NCBI GenBank assembly: GCA_014728035.1
Contig: WJMJ01000042.1
Coordinates: forward strand, 1 to 54,649
Direction of reading: 5' to 3'
DNA: 54,649 nt
Source: Promethearchaeota archaeon
Lineage (GTDB): Archaea; Asgardarchaeota; Thorarchaeia; Thorarchaeales; Thorarchaeaceae
This document shows, in pieces, positions 41,601 through 51,028 of this stretch. Under the pieces are notes generated by a model. It was not told the origin of the DNA. It ran no database searches and saw only the letters and a program-made list of their open reading frames with translations. Position 1 is the first letter of the stretch, and each line of letters begins with the position of its first letter. Both the position numbers and the translations under genes were made by a program.

Positions 41601-42905
41601 TTCTTTATTGAAAATGCTTCTTCATTTCCTTCAACATCCAAACAGTATGAAATAGTTATGCAAGGGCTACCTGTATATTCCAATTTGACAGAAATATCCA
41701 TTAAGTTAGATGAAATCAGAAAGAAGGCGAAAATAAAGGCAACTGCAGTGGTTCCAATTGTGCATATTAATGAGATTCTAGGATGTCTTGTTACTGGATC
41801 CACAAAAATAGATAACATACCTATCCAATCTCAGGATGCGTTAGAAGCCATAGCTACACTAGCGGGTATTGTGATAGCTAGGGTAGAATCTGAAACAAGA
41901 ATAAGACAAAGCGAAGACATGTTCCGAAAAGCCTTCGATTCAATTCCAGAACCCGCATATCTATGGGAAAAAATACATGATAGCAAAATCATCTTGCGCA
42001 TGGTCAATAAGACTGTCATGGATGAAAGTAATGGTGAAATGAAATCTATGATTGGTCATGATATTGAGGAAATCTATCCAAATATGCCAGAATTGCTTGA
42101 AGCTATAAATCACACTCTCTCTACAGGAGAAAATGTAAGAGGTGAAATGCCTTTTGATTCGAAATACGGAAACTTAGATGGCTGGTACATTTGGAGTTTT
42201 GCTGAACCTGTCGATAACCTTGTTTTGATGATTCTTACAGACATCACTTCCCATAAACTGACTCAAAAGGTTCTTTCTCGGCAAAGAGCGGAGCTTAGTG
42301 AATTTGCACATCAGATGAACCATGACCTGAGAAATCCTCTCCACAATATCCTTGGATATGTAGAATTATTGGAAGATGAATATTCAGAAAAGTATCTCTC
42401 ACGTATCAAATTAATGGTTAGAACGATGGAATCCCTACTCCAAAAGAGTGTCAAGCTAGCAGATGCTGGAGAAGTTATTGGAAAAGAAACCATAACCAGC
42501 CTTGAAGAAATAGTCAAGATTTCTGCACAAGGAATTGTTCCAGAAAACATTGACATCGTGATTGGAGAACTCCCTAACGTATTATGTGACAAAGAAAAAG
42601 TCATTCAGATAATTCAAAATATTTTGAGAAATGCAGTGGAACACGGAGAGCCTACAGAAATCACATTCATCTCCAAGGAAAAAGAATCAGGCGTTGATAT
42701 TCTAATTCAAAATAATGGACATCCTATTTCTGAAGACATAGCTGACAAGCTATTTCTTGAGAGAGTTACAACCAAGAAAGATGGGGGATTTGGTCTATCT
42801 ATTGTGAAAAAACTAATCGAAGCTCACGAATGGTCTATTACACTTGATGATTCAAAGTACCCCTCCTTTAGAATTTCAATTCCAAAAGACAGTATTTCAG
42901 TCTAA
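38652..42905 (+). CDS. Large hybrid histidine kinase REC-(PAS-GAF)x3-PAS-HisKA-HATPase
   Basis: LLIVDDD..ISDYQM, coiled coil, alternating PAS/GAF, FAHQMNHDLRNPL, NILRNAVEHG, GGFGL. Confidence 0.92.
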   Translation: MHLNVNLLIVDDDDTALLIAKKFLEKEKGFTIYTADCVKEGLKIINRVRIDAIISDYQMDEHTGLDFLRMLRNTESKIPVIIFTAHSREQVAIEALNLGADYYVKKEGNIKTQFLELAHLVRTAVSHRRAEIQLKRAHDELERRVTKRTQELVKANRQLQQEIEERVKTEKVLEESLDKIKEKDLLLSTIFSTTPDLIFVKDSDHRYVIVNKAYADFYRKKPHQIIGRTFEELGEKFRTKSEVERIKKQDLEVLEKKLPIYIAEQKVTSPSGSIRYFQTTKYPISTADYPEAILGISVDVTESKIAADIISRRLKYEKTISQCSKHLLTSNHTGMTPIERSIDLLIYAIGVERGYLFLFDPSSNNATLEIEVLKDKALAWTTVLDQPVILTKSHMKKWIQHLSKGSLVAGSIRELDRKERALFTPVEGGYFILLPIFINQEVGGILGLDTRSERNWSDSDIRMLRTITEMIGSFLENQVATEALKHNEEKYRRLHDTMKQGVVYYNSDHQIISVNQAALDILGVNEDSILGKEGSKINFEFVDREGNPLPYENRTFYEAFTTGKTVKNRIVGFRTEKGIKWLSVTSVPLFNGESTKPYQVHSIFEDITEQKRSISVRREREAFRIMMESYGATDNLEDLCQKILQKLTHLLDFDSGIVRLNIDEDKIMHPVAVSGNHPGVSKITEIIEKSKCLDKLQFKDAHESIYISDITNDEIPHDTHLKQLLKEGAYFGYSLYNSVDELIGYFALTSKKTKPSTTDEKHSLETIAQMLQTIIEKRLADHQISQNVETLQAIQKSLKQERDYLSTLHDALPDVVFTVRFPNFEIEYSNSRVLGTFGYHPQEVIGQHQRILFANGEDAKRFEKFTENANLYNGMSISSEELMVSKDGTIFPVEIIITVIEKNSVISKLVYIVRDITDKKRVEKLEKVQIDLGIALAGSISLDEAFKQFTQAAIEVAHMDHGGIYILKESKGLELSYQEGLPSFFIENASSFPSTSKQYEIVMQGLPVYSNLTEISIKLDEIRKKAKIKATAVVPIVHINEILGCLVTGSTKIDNIPIQSQDALEAIATLAGIVIARVESETRIRQSEDMFRKAFDSIPEPAYLWEKIHDSKIILRMVNKTVMDESNGEMKSMIGHDIEEIYPNMPELLEAINHTLSTGENVRGEMPFDSKYGNLDGWYIWSFAEPVDNLVLMILTDITSHKLTQKVLSRQRAELSEFAHQMNHDLRNPLHNILGYVELLEDEYSEKYLSRIKLMVRTMESLLQKSVKLADAGEVIGKETITSLEEIVKISAQGIVPENIDIVIGELPNVLCDKEKVIQIIQNILRNAVEHGEPTEITFISKEKESGVDILIQNNGHPISEDIADKLFLERVTTKKDGGFGLSIVKKLIEAHEWSITLDDSKYPSFRISIPKDSISV

Positions 42906-43167
42906 AATAGCTGGACTGTGATACATATAGACACAATTTAACTCATGAATCCAGAAAATTCAATATTTTGTTTAGGAAATAGGCAACAAAATTTTTCAGA
43001 GTTAATAAATAAAAAACAGGAAAAATGGACGATAGGTAAAGAATGATAATTCCTCTAGGTGACTATTCGGAGTGGTTCTTTGGAGTGCTATTTTATAAAA
43101 TGGATTCGTATATTTAGCAAGTGGACTTATCAAGTAGATTCTTGAAGTGGTTGATTGAGGTAAAGAG

Positions 43168-43761
43168 ATGTCATTTCCAAAACGCTTACAAAAACAGCTA
43201 GATTTCATAATGAGAATAGATGACTTGAAACAAATCATCAGACAAACACTACTGATTTCAGATAGGCGACAAGAAAACGATGCTGAACATTCTTGGCACC
43301 TTGCGACAATGGCAATTCTATTGCAAGAATACTCGAATGTTGAAGTTGATCTCCTTCGAGTGGTACAAATGGTTCTAATTCATGATATAATTGAGATTGA
43401 AGCTGGGGATACCTTTTGCTACGATAAAGAAGGACAAATCGACAAGAAAGCTAGAGAAATAGAAGCTGCTAATAAGATATTCACGAAATTACCTTCTGAC
43501 CAAGCAATACATTTTCGAAAATTATGGGACGAATTTGAAACTACTCTTACCCCGGAGGCAAAATTCGCAGCGGCTCTTGATAGATTACAACCTTTACTTC
43601 AAAATTTTAGAACAGATGGAGAATCTTGGCTTAAGCATGGGATAACCCGGAAACAAGTAATTGAACGAAATCATCATATTTCTGAAGGTTCCAAGCTCTT
43701 GTGGGAGTACGCAACTTGGCTCATTGATGAATCAGTAAATCGAGGATATCTCAAAGATTAA
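43168..43761 (+). CDS. HD-domain hydrolase (HD_3 / YfbR-HDDC2-like)
   Basis: ENDAEHSWH, LIHDIIEIEAGD, LWDEFE, EAKFAAALDRLQP. Confidence 0.92.
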   Translation: MSFPKRLQKQLDFIMRIDDLKQIIRQTLLISDRRQENDAEHSWHLATMAILLQEYSNVEVDLLRVVQMVLIHDIIEIEAGDTFCYDKEGQIDKKAREIEAANKIFTKLPSDQAIHFRKLWDEFETTLTPEAKFAAALDRLQPLLQNFRTDGESWLKHGITRKQVIERNHHISEGSKLLWEYATWLIDESVNRGYLKD

Positions 43762-44731
43762 TACCAGAACCTCCACCAATTTTGTGCTCAAAATTGATGA
43801 AATAATCGGATAGATCAACGTTTCCTCCACTTATGATAACCCCGATTTTTTGCCCATCTAGCTGTTTCTTCTGTTTAACTAGTGCTGCAATTGGAACCGC
43901 TCCAGATGGTTCTACTACTAACTTCATCCGTTCCCAGAGAAATCTCATTGCTTCTAGAATCTCTTTTTCAGAAACAGTAATAATGTCATCCACAAAATTG
44001 AGAATGATTTCAAAAGTATTTTCACCTAAAGAAGTACGGAGTCCATCAGCAAACGTATTGGGGTTCACACTAGGAATGAATTTCTTTGCTTTGAATGATT
44101 TATAAGCATCATCAGCATTCTCAGGCTCTCCAGCAATTATGCGAGCATCTGGACATTTACTCTTGGTCACAATTGATGTTCCACTCAGGAGACCCCCACC
44201 TCCAACAGGAGTCATCATGATATCAATACAGCCCACTTCAGATATGAATTCTAAAGCAGCAGTTCCTGCCCCTGCAATGACTCTCAAATCATTGTAAGGA
44301 TGAATTAATGTATATCCATACTCCTCAATCAATTCTTCAGTTGTAGCAATCCTTGATTCCAATGTAGGTTTGCAAAGAATCACTTTTGCACCATATCCTT
44401 TGGTTGCTTGAATTTTGACGGGTGATGAGTCTGAAGGCATGACAATTGTTGCTTCTATGTTTAACATCTTTGCGGCTAAAGAAACTGCTTGAGCATGATT
44501 ACCAGACGAATGTGCAACAACTCCTACTTCCTTTTCCTCAGAACTAAGAAGACTTAGTGCATTTAAGGCACCTCTGAATTTGAAAGCTCCAACTCTCTGG
44601 AAATTCTCACATTTCAGATAGACCTTACATCGTGTAAGAGAATCTAATGTATTTGAAGTCATAATTGGAGTTTTCACAATATATTGCTCAATTCGTTTAT
44701 GGGCTGCTAGGATGTCTTCAACAGATAGCAT
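43751..44731 (-). CDS. PLP fold-type II serine racemase / Ser-Thr dehydratase family protein
   Basis: KCENFQRVGAFKFRGA, HSSGNHAQ, PVGGGGLL, EPSGA, SGGN; no ACT domain; likely start ATG 44731. Confidence 0.92.
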   Translation of the reverse strand: MLSVEDILAAHKRIEQYIVKTPIMTSNTLDSLTRCKVYLKCENFQRVGAFKFRGALNALSLLSSEEKEVGVVAHSSGNHAQAVSLAAKMLNIEATIVMPSDSSPVKIQATKGYGAKVILCKPTLESRIATTEELIEEYGYTLIHPYNDLRVIAGAGTAALEFISEVGCIDIMMTPVGGGGLLSGTSIVTKSKCPDARIIAGEPENADDAYKSFKAKKFIPSVNPNTFADGLRTSLGENTFEIILNFVDDIITVSEKEILEAMRFLWERMKLVVEPSGAVPIAALVKQKKQLDGQKIGVIISGGNVDLSDYFINFEHKIGGGSGINL

Positions 44732-44814
44732 AAGGATGAACATCAAAGTACAGGTGAAAAGAGTTTTGAATTACTTACAAAAATTCTAAAGGGATTGAGA
44801 AATATGAGTAATGT

Positions 44815-45216
44815 GTGCAGATTGTGGAGATAGTCATTGACATATTGATAATCATCCTGGGATTAGTAGTTGCAGGAGAAGCAATAGCCCTTTTTCTCGG
44901 ATCGAGTCTATCAGGTTTTGAGCGACAAACATGGCAAACAATACCCAACATCACATTTCTTGTTTTTGACATAATTACTGGAGTAGCAATAGTTTTTCTA
45001 ACTATAGCAAAAAAAGAACTTACAAATTATCCACTTGTATTATCAACATTTATTGTAGTGATTATCATCACACATCTTTTACGAGATATTGAGTTTCTGA
45101 TAGATACAGTTGAGAAATTCATAGCAAACACACCTCTGCTTGTTGTAAATAATCTGAAGTTAATTATAGCAATTTTTCTTCTCATCGCAGAATTCTTGAA
45201 TCTTAGATATATGTAG
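44815..45216 (+). CDS. Hypothetical four-TM membrane protein
   Basis: Four hydrophobic helices; fills the gap between genes. Confidence 0.65.
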   Translation: MQIVEIVIDILIIILGLVVAGEAIALFLGSSLSGFERQTWQTIPNITFLVFDIITGVAIVFLTIAKKELTNYPLVLSTFIVVIIITHLLRDIEFLIDTVEKFIANTPLLVVNNLKLIIAIFLLIAEFLNLRYM

Positions 45217-45288
45217 CAAATAGCCATTCGTAACAGATATGAAGCTATTTCAAACACATTAGCACAAGTACGAATAGGAGTAAACATC

Positions 45289-45642
45289 ATGGCAAAAACA
45301 CCACTAGGCGTAATGATTCTTGGAATAATACATATTCTGATTGGAGCTTTAATGTTTGCAGGAGCAGGCCTTTTAGGACCTCTAACAGACTGGATTATCA
45401 GTCCGATTGTATTATCTATTGCAAACGCAAGTACGATAATAGCAATCTTCTATATTATACTTGGAATATGTCTGATATTAATGATGACTTGGGCATGGTA
45501 TGTAGGAATAGCATTTGCGATTATCAACGTACTTTTTTCAGTTCTTGGATTCCCTAGTATTCAATGGATCACTCTCATCATCAATCTATTGATAATCTTC
45601 TATCTTAATAGCAGAGGGATAAGAAGAAGATTTAGTGTCTAA
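45289..45642 (+). CDS. Small four-TM membrane protein
   Basis: GGAG SD; PLGV.IL..., WAWY, IIFYL....RRRF pattern. Confidence 0.75.
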   Translation: MAKTPLGVMILGIIHILIGALMFAGAGLLGPLTDWIISPIVLSIANASTIIAIFYIILGICLILMMTWAWYVGIAFAIINVLFSVLGFPSIQWITLIINLLIIFYLNSRGIRRRFSV

Positions 45643-45656
45643 GGATATAGAAGACG

Positions 45657-45677
45657 GCTGTCAGACATTCTGACAGC
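45657..45677. terminator. Perfect 9-bp inverted repeat (terminator or operator)
   Basis: GCTGTCAGA-cat-TCTGACAGC. Confidence 0.4.
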
Positions 45678-45701
45678 TTGCTTAATATTTTGGTGAATAG
45701 A

Positions 45702-46193
45702 ATGAGAGGAATAAGACGAAAAGAGAAGGAGATTACTGAAGAAACTGAGTTACTACAGATAATCAAATCATGCAAATATGTAACCTTAGCAATGTGTACT
45801 GATAACGAACCATATTTAGTGACACTAAGTTACGGATTCGATGAAGAGAATCGATGTATGTATTTTCATTGTGCAAATGAAGGAAAAAAGATTGATATTC
45901 TCAAACAAAATCCTATTGTGTGGGGACAGGTAATTATCGATGAGGGATATGTCACTGGAAAGTGTGACCACCTATACGCATCAGTTCAATTCAAGGGGAT
46001 AGTAACTTTTCTAGAAAGTGCTGATGATAAACGATATGCACTCCGCTCAATGATTGACATGTTGGAATATGATCCAGATATTGTCTACAAGGAACAAGTT
46101 ACTGAGAAGTCAGTAAAACGTGTTATGATTGGACGAATCGATATCGAACATATCTCAGGTAAAAAATCAAAAAACGTAATCATATCTGTATGA
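45702..46193 (+). CDS. Pyridoxamine 5'-phosphate oxidase-like / NimA family flavin-binding protein
   Basis: RRKEKEI, PYLVTLSYG, YFHCANEGKKID, YASV.F.G, ISGK; ATG 45702 behind GGTGA. Confidence 0.88.
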   Translation: MRGIRRKEKEITEETELLQIIKSCKYVTLAMCTDNEPYLVTLSYGFDEENRCMYFHCANEGKKIDILKQNPIVWGQVIIDEGYVTGKCDHLYASVQFKGIVTFLESADDKRYALRSMIDMLEYDPDIVYKEQVTEKSVKRVMIGRIDIEHISGKKSKNVIISV

Positions 46194-46378
46194 ATTACTT
46201 GTCAAATTCCAGATATATGTTCCCCACAGGTCTAGTAAAAACTAAAGAAAAGTGAGATTTGATTATGAATGATATCTAACAGAAATCTGCATTAGTAGGA
46301 CTATTATGAAAATACTTGTTTTGAAATACCACCTGTTTGATAATATTCCAAAACAATAGCAAGTTAGAAAATAGAATA

Positions 46379-46879
46379 CTAATAGGATTCCCAGCGTACT
46401 ATTTCATCCAATTGTCTTCTCGTGCTATCTCGTTCCACTTCATGATATCCTATAGAAATACAACATATGACGCGGAGGGACTTGGGAATATTAAGGAGGT
46501 CTCGGAATTTTGGCTCTATGTCAGTATCGCGAACACCCATCCAACATGTGCCTAAATCGTGAGCGTATGCAGCTAAAAGCATGTTCATCACGGCATTATG
46601 TGGGTCTGCAAGATAGTATTTTGGATGACGTTCAGAATCACCCAAGACAACAATTACAACAGGAGACTCAGCCATAAACCGTCCATATGGATGAGCATCA
46701 GCTAGGGCTTTGCGTTTTTCTTCCTTCGTAACAACAACGAAATGCCATGGTTGTTTGTTGGATGCCGAGGGAGCCCATCTTCCAGCTTCAAGAATAGCCT
46801 CCAGTTTCTCTCTCTCTACAGGTTTTGAGAGATATTTTCTAATACTTCTACGATTGCGTATCGCTTCTAGAACGTTCAT
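46379..46879 (-). CDS. Nitroreductase family protein
   Basis: RRSIRKY, WAPSASNKQPWHF, NMLLAA..LGTCW, ISIGY. Confidence 0.94.
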   Translation of the reverse strand: MNVLEAIRNRRSIRKYLSKPVEREKLEAILEAGRWAPSASNKQPWHFVVVTKEEKRKALADAHPYGRFMAESPVVIVVLGDSERHPKYYLADPHNAVMNMLLAAYAHDLGTCWMGVRDTDIEPKFRDLLNIPKSLRVICCISIGYHEVERDSTRRQLDEIVRWESY

Positions 46880-48362
46880 ATCCTACACTATCAGATGGCA
46901 GGTTATCAATTTGTTTATCAATAGCTGCTGACTCCAATTCTGCAATTGATGGAAGGGGGAACCATATTCTGATTTTGAGACCTTGTTGATAATCACCCTT
47001 CACTCGATCTGTTATATACAAACGAGCTTCATATTTTTCAGCAATTTGCTTCACTTGATGTAGACCAATTCCAACATTTCGTTTCTTTGGGTCAAAGAGG
47101 GTTTGTTTCATCTCATCTGGCATGCCAGGACCATTGTCAGAAATAACGAGTTCAACACTATCTGTTTGTTTATCTATCGAGCACCAAATCTTTGGTTGTT
47201 GTGATGTGTTGTGCAAGACTGAATTCTCTATCAAATTAGATATGAGAATTTCAAGATAGGAATCTGCATGGATATAGACATATTCCGAATTGAACTCGTT
47301 TTCAATTTCAAAATCATATCCTTTCTGAAGTCTACTGATCTCATAGGAAACGACAGAAACTAGATTGCGTAGTTTCAAAGGAGTTGAGAATAAATCTCGA
47401 GTTCTTTGGACATGACGTATGAGTTCAACACATTGATCAACAGAATTAATTATCTGAGTACTCAGGTGAGTTCTAGATTCTTCATCATCAACTTGTGAGA
47501 TTAAATCTGCACCGATTGTTATTGCTTGTAAATGATTCCGAACATCATGACCCAATAAATCAAGGTATAGTTGTGCAGCAAGACTTGCTGAGCGAAGATT
47601 TCGTTCAGTATCTTTTAGACGAGTAATGTCACTGAGAATCATTACGACATGCTCTTGATTCTCATGTTGCGTAAAACGTGCTGAGTACCATCGTCTATTA
47701 AGTGATTGGCCTAGACAGAATTCCGTGGTTCGGCTTTCACCAGTAGATTTTACCAATTGAACAGATTCCACACAGATACTAGCAATATCCTCAGGAACAA
47801 CTTGGCTGATATGACTAAATCTGTTAACATTCTTCATTCCAGTTTTTACACGTTTCATGAAAACATCAAGAATTGTACCACCCTCATCCAATACATAGAA
47901 TGTATCGTCGATTGATTCTATTAGAAGTCTATAGCGTTTCTCACTCTCAGCAAGTGCTAGTTCTGCTTCGCGTCTTTTTCTTCGTGAATCAACATCATCA
48001 AGTTCTCTTTTGATAATAGGTACTAGTTTTCCCAAATTGTTAAGGGTAATGAAATCTTGTGCTCCTGAAGCCAATACCTGAGGTGCCTTTTCTTCTTCTG
48101 GGGATATAGCAAGAACCAATAATGGACAATCATCATCCCTATCCCGAACAATTCGAATTGCATCAGTCCATGTGAGAAACATTAGTTCGAATTTGCAGAT
48201 TATTACATCCCATATTTTATGAAGTGCTTCCAATAAAGCAGCAACGTCAGTAACTACTGAAATAATCGGTTTGAATGATGATTTCTTCAATCTACTACGT
48301 ATCAACTTCTCATCATCAATTGAATCTGAAATGAATAGAACTCGCAGATCAGTAGACATCAT
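46848..48362 (-). CDS. Histidine kinase with degenerate (pseudo) receiver and PAS domain
   Basis: REC-like fold reading VLFISDS and WDVIICKF (acceptor Asp missing); YLDLLGHDVRN, NLIENSV, DNGPGM, GIGL. Confidence 0.88.
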   Translation of the reverse strand: MMSTDLRVLFISDSIDDEKLIRSRLKKSSFKPIISVVTDVAALLEALHKIWDVIICKFELMFLTWTDAIRIVRDRDDDCPLLVLAISPEEEKAPQVLASGAQDFITLNNLGKLVPIIKRELDDVDSRRKRREAELALAESEKRYRLLIESIDDTFYVLDEGGTILDVFMKRVKTGMKNVNRFSHISQVVPEDIASICVESVQLVKSTGESRTTEFCLGQSLNRRWYSARFTQHENQEHVVMILSDITRLKDTERNLRSASLAAQLYLDLLGHDVRNHLQAITIGADLISQVDDEESRTHLSTQIINSVDQCVELIRHVQRTRDLFSTPLKLRNLVSVVSYEISRLQKGYDFEIENEFNSEYVYIHADSYLEILISNLIENSVLHNTSQQPKIWCSIDKQTDSVELVISDNGPGMPDEMKQTLFDPKKRNVGIGLHQVKQIAEKYEARLYITDRVKGDYQQGLKIRIWFPLPSIAELESAAIDKQIDNLPSDSVGYERSRSDTQS

Positions 48363-48701
48363 TGCTCATCTCCAAAAAATAATCTATCAGAAAACGTTTG
48401 TTGAAATGAAAAACCCATCTTTTTGAGATATCGAATACAAGTGAAGATTTGCACTTCCGACTAAATGAAACGGTATCCAATCTGGAAAGGTTTTCAGAAT
48501 TGACTAATACTTCCACTATTTTCACAACACACACCACCGTGCGTTGAAACGAGCTAAGGTCCCATAATTAATCAATCAAAGATGATATATAACTAAACGT
48601 TGGGTGAATGTTGGTTTTCAGAAGGAACATACCAATGTCTTGATGGAAATCCTAAAAGGCGGTTTTTGCTCGCATCAAGTACATCTATTTGGTGATATTC
48701 A

Positions 48702-50135
48702 GTGTTTGTAAAAACCCAGAGAACAGAACTTACCAGCATTGGTGTAGATGTTGGATCTTCTACCTCTCATGTTGTTTTCAGTAGAATAACCCTCGAAAAA
48801 GATACAAAGTCTCGAACTGAGAAATTTGAGATAACCAATCGAGAGATAATATATAGTGGTCCAATTCATTTGACTCCTTTTATTGATAAACACACTATAG
48901 ACTTCGAAGCATTAAGAAAACTCTTCCTTGATGATTATGCAGCTGCTGGAATCGACGTTTCAGCTGTAGATACGGGAGCTGTCATCATAACTGGTGAAAC
49001 TGCAAAAAAACAAAATGCAGAAGAAATAGTATCAGCATTAGCTGGAGAGGCAGGTAAGTTTGTTGCTGCATCCGCAGGCCCAAATTTTGAGTCAGTTTTA
49101 GCTGCCTTTGGTTCCGGTGCTGTAGCAATGTCAGAAACTGAAAAGAAAGTTATTATGAATGTAGACATAGGTGGAGGTTCTTCAAATATTGCAATATGCA
49201 AAGATGGAAAGATAATAGAAACAGGTGCCATTAATGTTGGAGGTAGGCTAATCGCAACGGACTCTAATGGAATAATTGTTCGATTAGAAGATACAGGAAT
49301 AAATGTTGCTAACGAATTGGGTTATGAATTGGAATTAGGATATGTCATATCTGAAGAAAAAAAGAAGAATGTTGCACAGGGATTAGCCAGGGCACTTATG
49401 GAGTGTCTGGAGGGAAAGAATGAAAGTAACTTGACAAAGATGCTTATGATGACCGAAGCGCTTAGAATCATAGAGCCTGTAGATATTGTGACATTTTCTG
49501 GAGGCGTTGCTGAATATATCTACGGAGTAGAGAATAAAGAATATTATGACCTTGGAAAATATCTCGCAGCAAGCATTATTGAATTGTTGAGTGAAACCTC
49601 TTTGAAATTAGCACAGCCAGAGCACAGAATAAGAGCTACAGTAATAGGTGCTGGTCAATGTAGTTTGAAGGTAAGTGGTTCGACTACATTTTTGAGTACA
49701 GGGCTAGATTATCCAATGAGAAACCTTCCAGCAATTGTACCAAATATAACTAGAAATGCTAGTGAAAGAGAAATTGCAATGGCTATCAAAGACGCTTTCA
49801 AAAGATTTGATCTTGTAGAAGGAGAAGACAAGGTTATTATTTCATTCAAAGATGCTGTTCGTCCATCCTATGACAGTCTCACGAAATTTGCCAGAGGAGT
49901 AATTGCTGCTTTACCTAAGACTGTCAAGCAAGGAAAACCAATAATGATGTGTTTTGATACAGATATCGGCAATAGTGTAGGAAATGTCATGAAAAGAGAA
50001 ACTGGAATAGAAAATGAGCTGCTCTCGATTGACGAGATCACCTTGGATGAAGGGGACTTTGTAGATATAGGAGAGCCAATAATAGAGGGCATTGTAGTTC
50101 CTGTTGTAATTAAGACATTGGTTTTTGACAATTGA
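48702..50135 (+). CDS. eutA: Ethanolamine ammonia-lyase reactivating factor EutA family (ASKHA ATPase)
   Basis: SIGVDVGSSTS, GAVIITGETAKKQNA, FVAASAGPNFES, NVDIGGGSSN, FSGGVA, IRATVIGAG, SGST, VPVVIKTLVF. Confidence 0.9.
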   Translation: MFVKTQRTELTSIGVDVGSSTSHVVFSRITLEKDTKSRTEKFEITNREIIYSGPIHLTPFIDKHTIDFEALRKLFLDDYAAAGIDVSAVDTGAVIITGETAKKQNAEEIVSALAGEAGKFVAASAGPNFESVLAAFGSGAVAMSETEKKVIMNVDIGGGSSNIAICKDGKIIETGAINVGGRLIATDSNGIIVRLEDTGINVANELGYELELGYVISEEKKKNVAQGLARALMECLEGKNESNLTKMLMMTEALRIIEPVDIVTFSGGVAEYIYGVENKEYYDLGKYLAASIIELLSETSLKLAQPEHRIRATVIGAGQCSLKVSGSTTFLSTGLDYPMRNLPAIVPNITRNASEREIAMAIKDAFKRFDLVEGEDKVIISFKDAVRPSYDSLTKFARGVIAALPKTVKQGKPIMMCFDTDIGNSVGNVMKRETGIENELLSIDEITLDEGDFVDIGEPIIEGIVVPVVIKTLVFDN

Positions 50136-50173
50136 ATCAAGGGATACAGAGATATAACAAAGAGAGGTCTGAA

Positions 50174-51028
50174 ATGAAAACCATCAGGAAACTTAACAAA
50201 GATGACTTTGAGGATATTTTAGAAATATCAAAAAGTATCTGGGAAGGACACGATTATGTTCCCGAGGTCTTTGTTGAATGGATAGAAAATCCATTATCTC
50301 ATGTCTTCGGAATAGAAATTGATGGGAAAGTCGTATCTATTGCAAATCTTCGGATAATTGATCAAGGAAAGACTGGGTGGATGGAAGGTCTTCGAGTTCA
50401 TGTTGACTATCGAGGGAAAGGATTAGCCAATGAAATAACTGATTACCTAGTTGAGCAAGCAAAAAAACTCGACCTTGACCGGTTGCGATATACTACTGCA
50501 TCAAGAAATGTTGAATCATTATCAATAGCACAACGTGTAGGACTTGTTCAACTCTTCAGATTGGGAATATTCTGGAATTCTGACATAAGCGAGATTGATA
50601 TTGAAGATGATACTGAAAAAGTTAAGCTTATTGACGCGACTTCTCTTCACTCCCTGATAGATAGGGTGCCGATTAAAGAGAATATAATTATCCAGGATTG
50701 GAAAGCAGTAGATGCAACACTCGCTGGACTACACAGCTTGGAGGAAAAAAACAGATTTTGGATATCTATAAATGATATTGTGAATCTTTCAATAGGAGGA
50801 ATTAGAAAAGAAGCATCAGGTTTGTACTGGAGCTTCACAATTTACGTAAAAAGTTGGAGCGATTTGAAATCTCATCTCAATTTTCATATCCAAGAAGCGA
50901 AAAAACGGGATTTTGATTCTATAGTCTGCACATATCCGATAGAATTCCAAGAAAGATTGCAGTCCTATGATTGGTTCAATGAACAAGAAAGGAATACAGA
51001 AGTAATTATGTTGGAGAAAAAGCTCTAA
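50174..51028 (+). CDS. GNAT family N-acetyltransferase
   Basis: IWEGHDYVP, GWMEGLRVHVDYRGKGLA; ATG 50174 behind GAGGT. Confidence 0.88.
   Translation: MKTIRKLNKDDFEDILEISKSIWEGHDYVPEVFVEWIENPLSHVFGIEIDGKVVSIANLRIIDQGKTGWMEGLRVHVDYRGKGLANEITDYLVEQAKKLDLDRLRYTTASRNVESLSIAQRVGLVQLFRLGIFWNSDISEIDIEDDTEKVKLIDATSLHSLIDRVPIKENIIIQDWKAVDATLAGLHSLEEKNRFWISINDIVNLSIGGIRKEASGLYWSFTIYVKSWSDLKSHLNFHIQEAKKRDFDSIVCTYPIEFQERLQSYDWFNEQERNTEVIMLEKKL

Noticed and set aside
42906-43167. Long spacer and 78-aa minus-strand ORF
   Set aside because: No convincing structure, repeat or protein motif; the ORF overlaps the HD gene start
48540-48700. Cobalamin riboswitch upstream of eutA
   Set aside because: No B12-box or GGGAA/ACTG core consensus visible
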